Position numbers and translations under genes: made by a program
Shown: positions 12,232 through 25,200 of the stretch, piece after piece
How the letters are laid out: each line of letters opens with the position of its first letter
Numbering within the stretch: position 1 is the stretch's first letter
The notes under the pieces: generated by a model
The model's database searches: none
The model's input: only the letters and a program-made list of their open reading frames with translations
Told to the model about the DNA's origin: nothing
NCBI GenBank assembly: GCA_951406725.2
Contig: OX597820.1
Span: forward strand, 29,760,001-29,824,000
DNA from: Octopus vulgaris
Lineage: Eukaryota
DNA: 64,000 nt
Reading direction: 5' to 3'

Positions 12232-12235
<4 letters not shown>
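11701..12235. mobile_element. ~535-bp interspersed non-coding element embedded in (TTA)n, copy 1
   Basis: Collinear end to end with 39559-40115; TTA/TAA repeats at both boundaries. Confidence 0.8.
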
Positions 12236-12290
<55 letters not shown>

Positions 12291-13038
12291 GGAATTTATC
12301 CGAGTATGGGCAGTATGTTACTTTCTAAAATAATTTGACTGCATTTAAAACGTTCCTAATGCATTAAGGGGAAAGCGTAGAAATATTACACACAACCCAT
12401 TTCCGATTCTGTTTTTTAAATTTTTATCTTAAGATAGCCCCAAGCTTCGTCCCAGTCAATACAAAAAGATCGGTTGAAGAAAACAAGAACACGGTCTATA
12501 TTATTTTTGCCAAAAAACCAATGTGTCGAGTTTCTTTGTCATATTATTCAATCTATGGCTTTGTGCCATTAGGATGAACCAATGTTAAGTCTGCTCTGTT
12601 ATTGAGCTTATTCTTAAATGTATTGAACAAAACTGGTTTAAATTGCACTGAATAATACAATATCGGAGTTCTGTAGTCAGCAGCATATCCACAGAAACGT
12701 ACATGTGCATACACACAGATACATGTACACACAGACACACATACACACGTATCCCACCTCACACAAATGTTGTAGTTTCCAATCCGGATATCTCGACACG
12801 CCGGTGTACCATAGATAGGTAGAATTGTCGCGTTGTTTTAAGCTCATAGCGTTTTATTGAACCCTCCACGTGTAAAGTTGACCGGCAAAGTGAAACAAAC
12901 TGCACTGGATTAAACTAAAACCTAAACAAATGATCGCTAATAGTCGGCAATAAATGGGATATCTCGACACACCTGGGTGTCGTGGGTAGTAGTAGTTGTC
13001 GTGAGGGTTTTCATTTAAGGTGATCTTTTGAACGTTCC

Positions 13039-13296
13039 GTGGAGGCGCGTGACTTAGTGGTTAGGGTGTCAGCATCATGATCGTAAGATTGTGGTTTCGA
13101 TTCCTGGACCGGACGATGCGTTGTGTTCTTGAGCAAAACACTTCATTTCATGTTGCTCCAGTCCACTCAGCTAGCAAAAATGAGTAACGCTGCCATGGAC
13201 TGGCGTCCCATCCAGCTTGGGAACCCATACGCCATGGAAACCAGGAAACCGGGCCCATGAGCCTGACTAGGCTTTAAAAGGGCGCATTTATTATTA
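13039..13296 (+). mobile_element. tRNA-derived SINE (family C) with 12-bp TSD
   Basis: TSD TTTGAACGTTCC at 13027-13038 / 13297-13308; A box TGACTTAGTGG, B box TTCGATTCC, CORE-like TGTGTTCTTGAGCAAAACACTT, (TTA) tail. Confidence 0.85.
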
Positions 13297-14036
13297 TTTG
13301 AACGTTCCACATCTAAGATGACGGATAAAGCAAAGCAAACTGAACTGATGTAAAAACTTTAAGTTACCCTACTCCACCTCCATTTCAAGCTACTTCCTAG
13401 TAATCTGAAATGGGTTTCATACCACTCCTGAGTTAACCTAAACCCGATTTCATATTAAGCCTCTCTGTTCACATCTCTCCTCTGATTTTGCTATGATAAC
13501 TCATGATACGTTTATAACAGCCGTCCTCAAACGGGTTCATATAGCCCTTGGGGATCCTATAGCCCATGGACATCCCTAAGGTCCTTGAGAATCCTTATGA
13601 CTCTTGGGTGGGGGTCCACATAAGCTATGATACAGGTGTTGTAGGTAGTCAGAGATATCGCGAAACATTTAAATTTAAGGCGATCTTTCTTATCAAGCGA
13701 AACAAACCGCATCGAGTCAAATGTCGGCAACAATCGGCAATAATCGCCAAGCGTTCATTCAGTACGTAGATCTCATCGATTCAACGGTATATACAAATAT
13801 AATTGAAAAGAAATGTAGAATCATATGAAAAATAAATATTGTGTTCTAGCATAGAACTTCAGAGAATTCTATTGGAAACACAGCTCCAGGAATTTACCTG
13901 GCATTAATCACACAAACATGTTTTCACGGCGTTCAACAAATACACGATGCATTACTATTCAATATAATTATCATATTTCATATTTCGTTTTTGGATTGGT
14001 TTGCAAGATTCTTTATGAGAGTTCGTGTGTTGAAGC

Positions 14037-14276
14037 ATATTCTGTTGTGTCCGGGGAGAGTCATTTTCTTTTTGTGCCTTATTATGGAACACACTCACCG
14101 GTAAAATTTCCACTTATTTCTTATTTTTATGAGAGTCGAGACTATTGAAAAGGTTGCAAGACGCAACGAAAATTTTAGGAAAATAAAAATAAGAAATAAA
14201 TGGAAATTTTACCGGTGTGTGTGTTACATTATAAAGCACAAAAAGAAAATGACTCCCCCTAGACACAACAGAATAT
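14037..14276. mobile_element. Fold-back (inverted pLTR-like) element with degenerate HHR-like spacer
   Basis: ~93-bp inverted arms at 14037-14130 / 14183-14276; spacer TTGAAAA-GGTTGC-AAGAC-GCAAC-GAAA. Confidence 0.6.
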
Positions 14277-14313
14277 CGTATTTCAGTTAATGAATTTAAT
14301 ATTAAAATGAAAT

Positions 14314-14770
14314 AAGGCGGCGAGCTGGCAAAAACGTTAGCACGCCGGGCTAAATGCTTAGCAGTATTTCATCTGCCGCTACGTTCTGAGTTCAAATTCC
14401 GCCGAGGTCGACTTTGCCTTTCATCCTTTCATGGTCGATAAATTAAGTACCAGTTATGCACTGGGGTCGATGTAATCGACTTAATCTGTTTGTCTGTCCT
14501 TGTTTGTCCCCTCTGTGTGTAACCCCTTGCGAGCAGTAAAGAAATAAGAATCGTTAGCACGCCGCGCGAAGTGCCCACCGGCATTTCGTCCGTTTTTTAT
14601 GTTGAGTTCAAATTCTGCCGAGGTTGACTTTGCCTTTAATCCTTTCGTGTTGTTGCTGGTGGTGGTGGTGGTGGGGCGATAGTCGAGAAAATAAGTACCA
14701 GCTGAGTACTGGGGTTTGACGTAATCGACTTACTCCGATCTTGCTGACCTTGTACCAAAATTAGAAATTA
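14314..14770 (+). mobile_element. SINE family B: young copy followed by restart into older copy
   Basis: AAGGCGGCGAGCTGGC head; tail AAAGAAATA ends at 14546, followed directly by AGAATCGTTAGC. Confidence 0.85.
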
Positions 14771-15029
14771 ATATCAAAATGAAATGAAATAAATAAACAC
14801 AGTTTATACAAAATTGGATTTTCCAATTATCACTTCGTTACATTAAGTATCACTCAGTTTTATTTCAAGGCCGATTATTGTTTGTTATTGAAAGTTATTA
14901 ACGACTATTTGTGTTTAGCTTTTCATTTCGATTCAGTGCAGCGTGTTTCGGCTTTGTCCACCAGCTTATATTTACAAAATTCGAAAAGCTCGCCAAATTT
15001 AAATATCAGTTATGAAATATCGATTTCAA

Positions 15030-15782
15030 ATTTTGGCACAAGGCCAGCAAGTCTCAACTGGTACTTATTTTATCGATCCCGAAAGAATGAAAGGCAAAGT
15101 CGACCCCAGCGGCATTTCAAGCTCAGAACACAAAGACGGATGAAATGCTGCTAAGCATTTTGCCCGACGTACTAACGTTTCTTATTTCTTTACTGCCCAC
15201 AAGGGGTTACACACAGAGGGGACAAACAAGGACAGACAAAAGGATTAAGTCGATTATATCGACCCCAGTGCGTAACTGGTACTTATTTAATCGACCCCGA
15301 AAGGATGAAAGGCAAAGTCGACCTCGGCGGAATTTGAACTCAGAACGTAAAGACAGACGAAATACTTATTTCTTTATTGCTCACAAGGGGCTAAACACAG
15401 AGGGGACAAACAAGGACAGACAAACGGATTAAGTCGATTACACCGACCCCAGTGCGTAACTGGTACTTATTTAATCGACCCCGAAAGGATGAAAGGCAAA
15501 GTCGACCTCGGCGGAATTTGAACTCAGAACGTAACGGCAGACGAAATACCTATTTCTTTACTACCCACAAGGGGCTACATACAGAGGGGACAAACAAGGA
15601 CGGACAAACAGATTAAGTCGATTATATCGACCCCGGTGCGTAACTGGTACTTATTTAATCGACCCCGAAATGATGAAAGGCAACGTCGACCTCGGCGGAA
15701 TTTAGACTCAGAATGTAAAGACAGACGAAATACTGCTAAGTATCTCGCCCGGTGTGCTAACGATTCTGTCAGCTAGTCGTCT
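15030..15782 (-). mobile_element. SINE family B tandem array (three ~185-bp units plus older copy)
   Basis: Repeating TATTTCTTTA..CACAAGGGG..GGACAAACAAGGACAGACAAA..CCCCAGTGCGTAACTGGTAC..GGAATTTGAACTCAGAACG. Confidence 0.9.
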
Positions 15783-16616
15783 ATAAACATTAGCACGTAA
15801 AAAATATTTTTGTTTAAAAAGTACCCCTTGGAGGGAAAAAAAAGTTTGTTCAAGGTTTTTTTTTTAACAAAATATTCTACGTGCTTATATTTGTAGCATT
15901 ATCTACTTGTAGTTACACCATTAAAAAACGATTTATTATAAATCTATATTGTTTTGATAGACAGATATCGATTTTGGTTTCAGGTTAAGATTATTATTTA
16001 CAGTTTAACAAATATTGTTAAAACTCTGATGACTATAAAACCTAAATACTGCAGCGAAAGATGTTTTTGTTCATGTAAATAGATATTTAACCACAGGCCA
16101 GGTTTTTTTGACCAAACCATGAGCGTTCCATTCATGATCTTTTGATCTTTTTGTGTATCTAGAACACACTGAGCAGTGTATATCTAACGTTTTCTTTCAT
16201 TTTTTCTTCTCTCTTTTTTTTTTATGTATTCAAAGGTGCGATTTGAGGAAATTTTGCTGCTATCTTTAGTAGGCATTCAGACCGCACGGGGTTCCCTCGA
16301 TATTTCTGGCTAAAATCAAAGTGCAATATAATTTATTTTGAAATAAAGGACAGCACAAGGACAGCAGTTTAAAGTGGAAGCGCAATCGACTGCATCGGCC
16401 CCACAGCTCAACTAGTACTTATTCTATCAACTCCAAGAGAATGAAAGGCAAAGTCGATCTTGGTGGTATTTGAACAGAGCGCTTACTTAAATTTAGGTAA
16501 TTATCTAAACTCATATATGTGTAGAGTAGTGATTTCAAACGTTTCTGTGACCTGTTCACCTTTATCTTCCTTTGCTTAAGATATGCGATACCTTTAGTGA
16601 TATTTGTTACTTGTGT

Positions 16617-17420
16617 AAGGCGGCGAACTGGCAGAACCGTTAGCACGCCGGACGAAATACTTAGCGGTATTTCGTCTGCCGTTACGTTCTGAATTCAAAT
16701 TCCGCTGAGGTCGACTTTACCTTTCATCCTTTCGGGGTCGATTAAATAAGTACCAGTTAGGCACTGGGGTCGATATGATCGACTTAATCCGTTTGTCTGT
16801 CCTTGTATGTCCTTTCTGTGTTTAGCCCCTTGTGGGTAGTAAAGAAATAGGTATTTCGTCTGCCGTTACGTTCTGAGTACAAATTCTACCGAGGTCGACT
16901 TTGCCTTTCATCCTCTCGGGGTCGATTAAATAAGTACCAGTTACGCACTGGGGTCGATTTGATCGACTTAATCCGTTTGTCTGTCCTTGTATGTCCTTTC
17001 TGTGTTTAGCCCCTTGTGGATAGTAAAGAAATAGAAATAGGTATTTCGTCTGCCGTTACGTTCTGAGTTCAAATTCCACCGTGGTCGACTTTGCCTTTCA
17101 TCCTTTCGGGGTCGATACATTAAGTACCAGTTACGCACTGGGGTCAATATAATCGACTTTATCTATTTGTCTGTCCTTGTTTGTCCCCTCTATGTTTAGC
17201 CCCTTGTGGACAATAAAGAAATAAAAATCGTTAGCATAACGGGCAAAATGCTTGGCGACATTTCATCCACCTTTACGTTATGAGTTCAAATTCCGCCGAG
17301 ATTGATTTGACTTCCATCATTTAAGGATCGATAAAACATATATCAGTCAAGTACTGGGGTTGATGTCATCGATTTATCTTCCCCTCAAAAACTGCTGGCC
17401 CTGTGCCAAAATTCGAAATC
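16617..17420 (+). mobile_element. SINE family B tandem array (three 185-190-bp units plus older copy)
   Basis: Units restart at GTATTTCGTC at 16851 and 17041; the last restart (AAAATCGTTAGC, ~17224) runs into a diverged copy. Confidence 0.9.
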
Positions 17421-18030
17421 ATTATTTATAGCCGTAACTAAGGCGGTGAGCTGACGAAATCTTTAGCTACGCTGGATAAAATGCTTTATGTTCCGAGTCC
17501 AAATTCCGCCAAGGCCGACTTTATATCTCATCCTTTCCAGGCAGATGAAATGAGTAACAGTTGAGCGTTGGGTTCTATGTAATTGACAGGTCCCCTCTCC
17601 AAAATTTCAGGCTTGGAAGTTTCATAAATCCTTATGACATAAACGATATAGACATAATTGTATTGAAATTTTATGCTGTATTTAGTCAGCAATAGTTGGC
17701 CATTAGTCATAGGTTTCCAACGAGATACTCACTGCTTATTGCTTTTAATATGATCAGAGCTTCAAGGGAGTGTGTATGCAACTCAGGCGGAAAAAGCATC
17801 ATACGGTATTTTAGTTCAAAAGTACTGGTTTATCGATTTTCCCAACGATATTTACGTCTTTATGCACCAGCGAAAGACACACACACACATATTTGCATAG
17901 TTTAACTATCTCATTAAAGTGTGTTTATGTTTTTCATACTCTGTAAGGAATTTTTGTTTAAAGGTGGTCGAAGGAGAATATGAAGCCGACACCCTAACTG
18001 ACCCCGATTTCCACCGTAAAAAAAAAGGCA

Positions 18031-18082
<52 letters not shown>

Positions 18083-18119
18083 ATGTGTGTGTGTGTGTGT
18101 GTGTGTATAGTGAGAATAT

Positions 18120-18300
18120 ACAAAAAAAAACCAAAATAAAAGACGAAGACGGGTGTGTAAACAACAGATGTATTAGTTTAACGCTCCCGAAGTGAGGAAG
18201 TCTTTTACGTTTCGAGCCTACGCTCTTCAACAGAAAGGAACACAAAAATAAACAAGGAGAGAAAAAAGAAAAAGGTTTAGTGGCTAACGATCTAGACATG
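18120..18300 (-). mobile_element. Penelope-like pLTR fragment with HHR-like variant
   Basis: Minus strand 18201-18236: CTTT-CTGTTGA-A-GAGC-GTAG-GCTC-GAA-ACGT-A-AAAG. Confidence 0.55.
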
Positions 18301-18554
18301 CAGGAAGTAAATAGACACCTTTAATTTTTTAAAATTCTGATCTGTGCGTCTTAATATGTTTTCAGCGGTGTAGAATTTACAATGTAATTATTCTTTTTCA
18401 TTCCAGGTGCCATTATAGTAAACATTTGCGAAAAGTAACCATGCCACGCACAAAAAATTCATCAGAACTGTCAGATTTTCAAAGAGGTCGTATATGTGTG
18501 TGTGCGTGTGTGAGTATATATATATATATATATATAAAATATATATATATACGT

Positions 18555-18756
18555 TCATAGTTGTGCTAATTCTCCTTGGAAACAATTCCTGGTGGTTGAG
18601 ACCATTGCGGATCTATTTTTAGCGCAAGAGCGACCACATAGTGGACACTCTCTTATATCTGTGTGTTAATTTTTACTGTATCCCAGGTTTTTATGCGCTA
18701 AACCACTTGGTGTTAAATTGATGTTATTATTAAATTAATATCCAATTTTTTCACCC

Positions 18757-18765
<9 letters not shown>
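18555..18765 (+). repeat. Diverged partial copy of the 535-bp hammerhead-array unit, between (TA)n tracts
   Basis: Collinear landmarks shared with 26650-26870: GGAAACA, GTGGTTGA, ATAGTG..CACTCTCTTATAT, CCAGGTTT, CCACTTGGTGTT, ATTAAATTA, TCACCCTTATT. Confidence 0.6.
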
Positions 18766-18827
<62 letters not shown>

Positions 18828-19065
18828 ACACACATACACACGCTCACATATACACATTCACATATGCACGCACGATAACAGCCAATTGTTTCCGTTCGTC
18901 AAATTGCTTGATTGACCCTAGAGTGGGATGAAACGGACATCGCATGGTTGCGAAGACAAGCCCTTGACAACACAGCCGTGCAGATCGGTGTGACACGTTT
19001 CACTTTCGGCGTGATCTAATCAGATGCACGGTTTACCACCACACTCACCAAATACCACCACCACC

Positions 19066-19147
<82 letters not shown>

Positions 19148-19344
19148 CCACCACCACCACCACCATTATCATCAACATATGGTTGCAAAGCGAACTTTTT
19201 AACCATTTAGCCATACTACATCTATGCTAGTCTAATATAAAGACACCAAAAGAAAAAGTAAAAAAAGAAATACAAAAGGTACACATATATAGAGGCATAC
19301 CTCAAATTTTTTCTACTGTAGACATAAGTAGGTGGGGGGGGGGG

Positions 19345-20020
19345 CAGTCGATTAGATCGACCCCAGTACACAACTGGTACTTAATTTATCGACTCCGAAA
19401 GGATAACCGGTAAAGTCTGCCTCGGCGAAATTTGAACTCAGAACGTAAATACCTATTTCTTTACTACCCACAAGGGGCTAAACACAGAGAGGACAAACAA
19501 GCACAGACAAACGGATTAAGTCGAGTATATCGACCCCAGTGCCTAACTGGTACTTATTTAATCAACCCCGAAAGGATGAAAGGCAAAGTCGACCTCAGCC
19601 GAATTTGAACTCAGAACGTAACGGCAGACGAAATACCTATTTCTTTACTACCCACAAGGGGCTAAACACAGAGGGGACAAAGTAGGACAGGCAAACGGAT
19701 TCCCAGTGCGTAACTGGTACTTATTTAATCGATCCCGAAAGGATGAAAGGCAAATTTGACCTCGGCGGAATTTGAACTCAGAACGTAACGGCAGACAAAA
19801 TTCCTATTTCTTTACACAGAAGGGACAAACAAGGACAGAAAAACGGATTAAGTCGATTATATCGACCTCAGTGCGTAACTGGTACTTATTTAATCGACCC
19901 CAAAAAGGATGAAAGGCAAAGTTGACCTCGGTGGAATTTGAACTCAGAACGTAACGGCAGACGAAATACCGCTAAGCATTTCGCCCGGCGTGCTAACGTT
20001 ACTCCCAGCTCACCGTCTTA
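19345..20020 (-). mobile_element. SINE family B tandem array (~3.5 units)
   Basis: Same unit and restart junction (GAAATACCTATTTCTTTA on the plus strand) as the other arrays. Confidence 0.9.
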
Positions 20021-20358
20021 GGCATGCCTCAAATTACGCCAGGAACTGGTTCTAAGATATGCGACTTCAGTTAAAAAAACGATGTACCACGAGAAAGCAT
20101 TTCAAAATATTTGTTGGTTGATATTTGTTTGAATAAATGGTTGGTACATATTTTCACATGTAATTTCGTTTGGTTTTCCGCTTCAGTATTTGTAGTCAGG
20201 TATTTCAAAAATTTCTATGCTTTAAAATGTCTTCGTTGACACTGGTGTTAATTTAGATAAATCGACTGAAAGTGAGGCTTATTTTTTTCCCGTTAATTCA
20301 AAAAACAAAAAACAAAAACAAATGTCTCTACCCACCTTTCTCTCTCTCTTTCTTTCTT

Positions 20359-20493
<135 letters not shown>

Positions 20494-20515
20494 TATATAT
20501 GTATGTGTGTATATG

Positions 20516-20567
<52 letters not shown>

Positions 20568-20747
20568 AATATATATTTATATATATATATACATATAACA
20601 AGCAAATTAGCTAGTTAGTGAGCGATAAACATTATATATATATACATACATACATGCATACATATATACATGTACATATACATATATATAGATGTATATA
20701 TATGTGAGTATAAACGTGTAACTCTCTCTCTCTCCCCCTCTCTCTCT

Positions 20748-20818
<71 letters not shown>

Positions 20819-21893
20819 ATAGTTGATTGTGACCATTGTGCAATTTCTCAGGAAGAGTGCCAGATGACGGTAATGTCTTCAACATTTCTTTCCATCATCG
20901 CATTTCATCGCCAAACAAGGATACATTTTGTCCAAGGCAGTTTCTGAATGCACAACTTCTGTGACCTCATTATCCACAACGGCCAACTGTACTGTTTAAT
21001 AAGGCCACAAACATATTTACAATTAGATTGATTATGTCCTTGAGAGATGCGAAAACATTTAGTCAGTTAGCTGAAATTGAGCGATGTGACGGATAAGATA
21101 TAAACGCAGCCTTCGCTTGGTAAGATTTTGACCTAGTTAATACACACAAATGAATGAATTATAGAAACTATATTTATATTCGAGATAAATAATTTTCCTT
21201 GAGACAATGACAGTTTATAAGTAAGTAAACTAGTGGATGGTTGTTGGCGTAAGCTAAACGCCACAAAAGTCAGACTGCTATCTGTGTAGCGAGTTGTTGA
21301 GTAGGTTTGAAATGTAGAAATTTGAAGTGTGGGGGATACAGAAGTGTGGAGGCTTGGACTAATCTTTGCTCTCAATAATGTGAGGCATATTTGTATTTCA
21401 GTGGCCATTTTACTGTAATCAAAAGTTCATGTTTGAAGTGTTCAACCCCCACTGTTAAGATAAGTTATCTCGTTCATCACGATAACTGCTGTAATTTATG
21501 TGTGTTTAAATACACATCTTGTTTTTCTTGCTTCTGTTATTTTTAATAATGCCAATTAGCTCTTCTTTTTCTCTTTTTTTTTCTCTTTTTTGTTTTGTAC
21601 TATCCCTGTTAATGGGGTTACCTTTTACAGAAAGGACGTACGTATGCATGTATGTGTGTGAGAATAATAGGATGGGCACATGTGTTTATATGAGTACGTG
21701 TGTTGGTAGAAATATCTAGGTGTTACAGATAGATGATATGATATGATTGGTGTATGCTCTAGCCTTTGTTTCACTTCACCGGTGGTCGAAGTCCCACGGC
21801 TGCGCAGGAATTTGAACAATATCGGATACACTAGCTTATTGCATGTTGGTATTAATCGGAAGTCGATTAAATTGTCTCCTGTAACTTTACTGG

Positions 21894-21972
<79 letters not shown>

Positions 21973-22749
21973 ATGTCTGTCTGTCAATCTGTCTGTCTGT
22001 CTATCTGATCTTCCATTTAAACTTACAAGGAAGTTATCTCAGAAACCCTGTCCTTTACCTGTTGTTTCTAGCATGTTTGAGATGACATTTGCGTACCTTG
22101 CCCCACCACCACCACCACCACCACACTTATTTCTTTCCTCAATTTGCTCACATTTCTATGTTTCCCATACAGAAGATTTGCATTTCGCCTGAAAGTAGGT
22201 AACCGATGGGTGGCCGAAGTGGGGGAAGGGGCATTCGGTATTTCTTTCAGAAAAATTAAACTTTCAAAAACAAATTATATTTCCCACATCTCTGTATTTT
22301 TCCACGTGCATAAAAAACAAAATTCGAAAAACAGTTAAAAATTAGGAAATTTCGGCGGGGAGTGGAGAAATTATAATTTTGAAAACAAAATTTCTGGCCA
22401 ATGTCATATTAACCCCTTTTTATTCCATGAAACAGTACATAGTCTGTGATCCTTCTAAAGAACATAAATTACTTTCATGCAAATTGTACCCCCTACTTCA
22501 CCTCTGGACAAATAATAATTTCCATTACGCCACTATATATCAGCTAACAGAATTACGCTTATCAAGACAGAACATAGCCAAATCATTCACAGTTTACCGC
22601 TTCTTCTCATAATAACGGTATACAAATTGACACATGAATTTTCCCACATCTTTTCATTCGTTACTAAAAAATCTAATTATACAATGCACAACTGCAAATT
22701 GCTATGTCTTCCATCTTATATCTTCCTTAATCGTTCGCTCTTTTCAGCC

Positions 22750-23171
22750 ATGCCACCAAAACGAAGACATTCTCAAGGGCCGTAAAGAAAACTGCCTCTA
22801 TTCGTGCTCAAGAAAACTCATTTCAGCAATGCCCAAATGTGTAATGTTTGAAAATGATCACCGACGGCGGAAGTTCTGTTCTAAACTATACTTATTGTCT
22901 GGGATGAATGCATGATGGCATACCGTGGTGCACTAGATGACCTAGATAGGTCACTAAGGGATATTAAGAAACAGTACTGCCATTATGGGGGCTTAGGTAT
23001 TGTCCTCGCAAGGGGGGGGGGTAAGTAGCTTGCTTACCAATCACATGGTTCCGGGTTAAGTCCCACTGCGTGGCACCTTGGGCAAGTGTCTTCTACTATA
23101 GCCTCGAGCCGACCAAAGCCTTGTGAGTGGATTCGGTAGACGGAAACTGAAAGAAGCCCGTCGTATATAAG

Positions 23172-23241
<70 letters not shown>

Positions 23242-23765
23242 TCCCCCCAACATCGCTTGACAACCGATGCTGGCGTGTTTACGCTCCCGTAACTTAGCGG
23301 TTCAACTCCCTACAACCCACAGAACTGTCACTGCATTAGTTTTTCCCAAAGAAAGGTGCACCGAGGAAGTTGGACCCATCACGACTATGTAATGGTACAA
23401 AATGGACTGTAACTACAATGACAAGCCATGTCCTACAAGCAACCATTATTGCCGGTTATCATCGAGGAGAGATCGCGTACATTCCATGCATGCCTCATAT
23501 TCACTCAAATGTGTCATTTCAGTTCAAGCCCTCCAGTTCCCAGTGCAATTATGCTTCGCTATGGCAATCAACAAAGCCCAGGGTCAAACTTTAAAAGTTG
23601 TGGGTCTCAATTTACAAATACCCTACTTTTCTCATGGACAACTATACGTTGCATGCTGTCGAGTTAGCAGTGCATATGACTTGTATATTTATTCTATCAA
23701 CGCTGGACTTACGCAAAACATAGGTTATCCAGAAGCACTGACGGTTTCACTTAACATATATTGAA
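22750..23765 (+). pseudogene. Decayed Helitron RepHel, PIF1-family helicase segments, interrupted by SINE A
   Basis: IVWDECMMAYRGALDDLDRSLRDI..GG..IVLA at 22894-23010; RLCNGT, QFPVQLCFAMAINKAQGQTL..VGL.L..P.FSHGQLYVAC.RV at 23370-23764; frameshifts and large deletions. Confidence 0.9.
23020..23303 (+). mobile_element. SINE family A, truncated at both ends, inside the Helitron
   Basis: GGTAAGTAGCTTGCTTACC..CCTTGGGCAAGTG..(TG)n..TAACTTAGCGGTTC. Confidence 0.85.
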
Positions 23766-24184
23766 GTGTGAAGTCTGCTCAAACATTACAGAACTGATGC
23801 TTTTCACGATGAAGCAACTTTCTTTACATGTACCTTACTTTCCGCAATATTGATACATCTACGTCTTCATACGTCGTACAATTCTTTAAATCCGTAAGTC
23901 CAGGTAATTCTGGGGGCAATATTAGGATTTCATTCTAATTTAAGCTGCCATTCTACATGTTTTTGGTGTCAACAATTCCAGCATTGTTCATCACAAAATG
24001 ACCGGAAAACATGTTTATAAAGAAGAGTTGTTTGCTTCACATTCCTCGTGTGCCGATTCTGCCCATAAGAAAGAAACAATGTGGGTGTAGGTCATAACAT
24101 CTGAGCAACTGCTTACAAAAATAGGGATTAATGTATAATTTCTTTCTGTATTCATAATTTTTTGTTTACAATATTGGGGAAAAT

Positions 24185-25122
24185 ATGCCACCAAAGAAAA
24201 GATGTAATCTCTCCAGAAACAAGTATAAGGAGGATCGTAGAAAACCGAAGGCAAGATTCTGAAGAAAGAAGCTAGATGAGATTTTCTCAAGATCAGCAAA
24301 TGCATGTTGCAGCACTTAATGCTGGGTCATTAAATCAATGTTTTAATGATTAGACAGAGGTCCAATAGAATAGGTGTAAGAAACAGACTACGTACAAATT
24401 CGTTCAACTCCTGAAGCTGGTTTCAGATATGATCCATCCCATTCTTATAAAAATAATAACTCTGTCCAAATTGGTGTGCTAAACACAAATTGTCCTTTAA
24501 ATTTTCAAATTAAACAAATGGTAAGTGCTGTTCAGGCGGTCAGGTAACATTGCCGGCACTACCAGTTCCTTCTCAACCTCTTATGGATCTTCTAGAAGGT
24601 ATTTCTATCCAGTCAAAGGATTTTATGAACAATATCAGACAATACAACTCTGCAAATGACATCGTTTGGTGCATCTAAGAAAATAGATAAACATGAATTT
24701 ACGACGACGTCAAAGTTCAAGGGCAAGTCTATCACCTCATTGGTTCCCTGTTACCCACAAATGAACAACCACAGCTCCTCCAAATTTACTTTATGAGTGA
24801 TGTAGGACAATAAACCCGAAGGAGGTGTCAACATTTCAGATGATAGGTCGTGTTAGATACAACGCCGACTGCTCCAAAAGAGAGTATATCCACTGACAGA
24901 TTTTCGGTGCGTTCAAAAAATCACATAACCCCCACAGGTTAGGGCCTGAAATACTCCAAACGGACGTATAGTATGTTGCTTAGTCAAATTAGCCTATCAT
25001 TTACTCCACAAATGTTTTGTTGTCAATGCTGCACTTACCCATATCACCAGTTTCAACATAACTGTAATATATTATATACAACCTATGCCATTTTAATCCC
25101 GAGCAACGCCGGGTGTCCCTGC

Positions 25123-25125
<3 letters not shown>
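24185..25125 (+). pseudogene. Decayed Helitron RepHel N-terminal region plus Helitron 3' hairpin
   Basis: MPPKKR start at 24185; FRYDP, KCCSGGQVTLP, FMNNIRQYNSA.QMTSFGA, KVQGQVYHLIGSLLP..LQIYF. 3' hairpin CCCGAGCAACGCCGGG at 25098-25113 followed by CTAA (degenerate CTAG). Confidence 0.8.

Positions 25126-25200
<75 letters not shown>

Noticed and set aside
15180-17230. Regularly spaced ~185-bp repeats resembling a CRISPR array or satellite
   Set aside because: Units are contiguous SINE bodies with no unique spacers; eukaryotic context and no cas genes.
23402-23764. Cellular PIF1 helicase gene
   Set aside because: Frameshifted, intronless, SINE-interrupted and linked to Helitron N-terminal sequence and a 3' hairpin.
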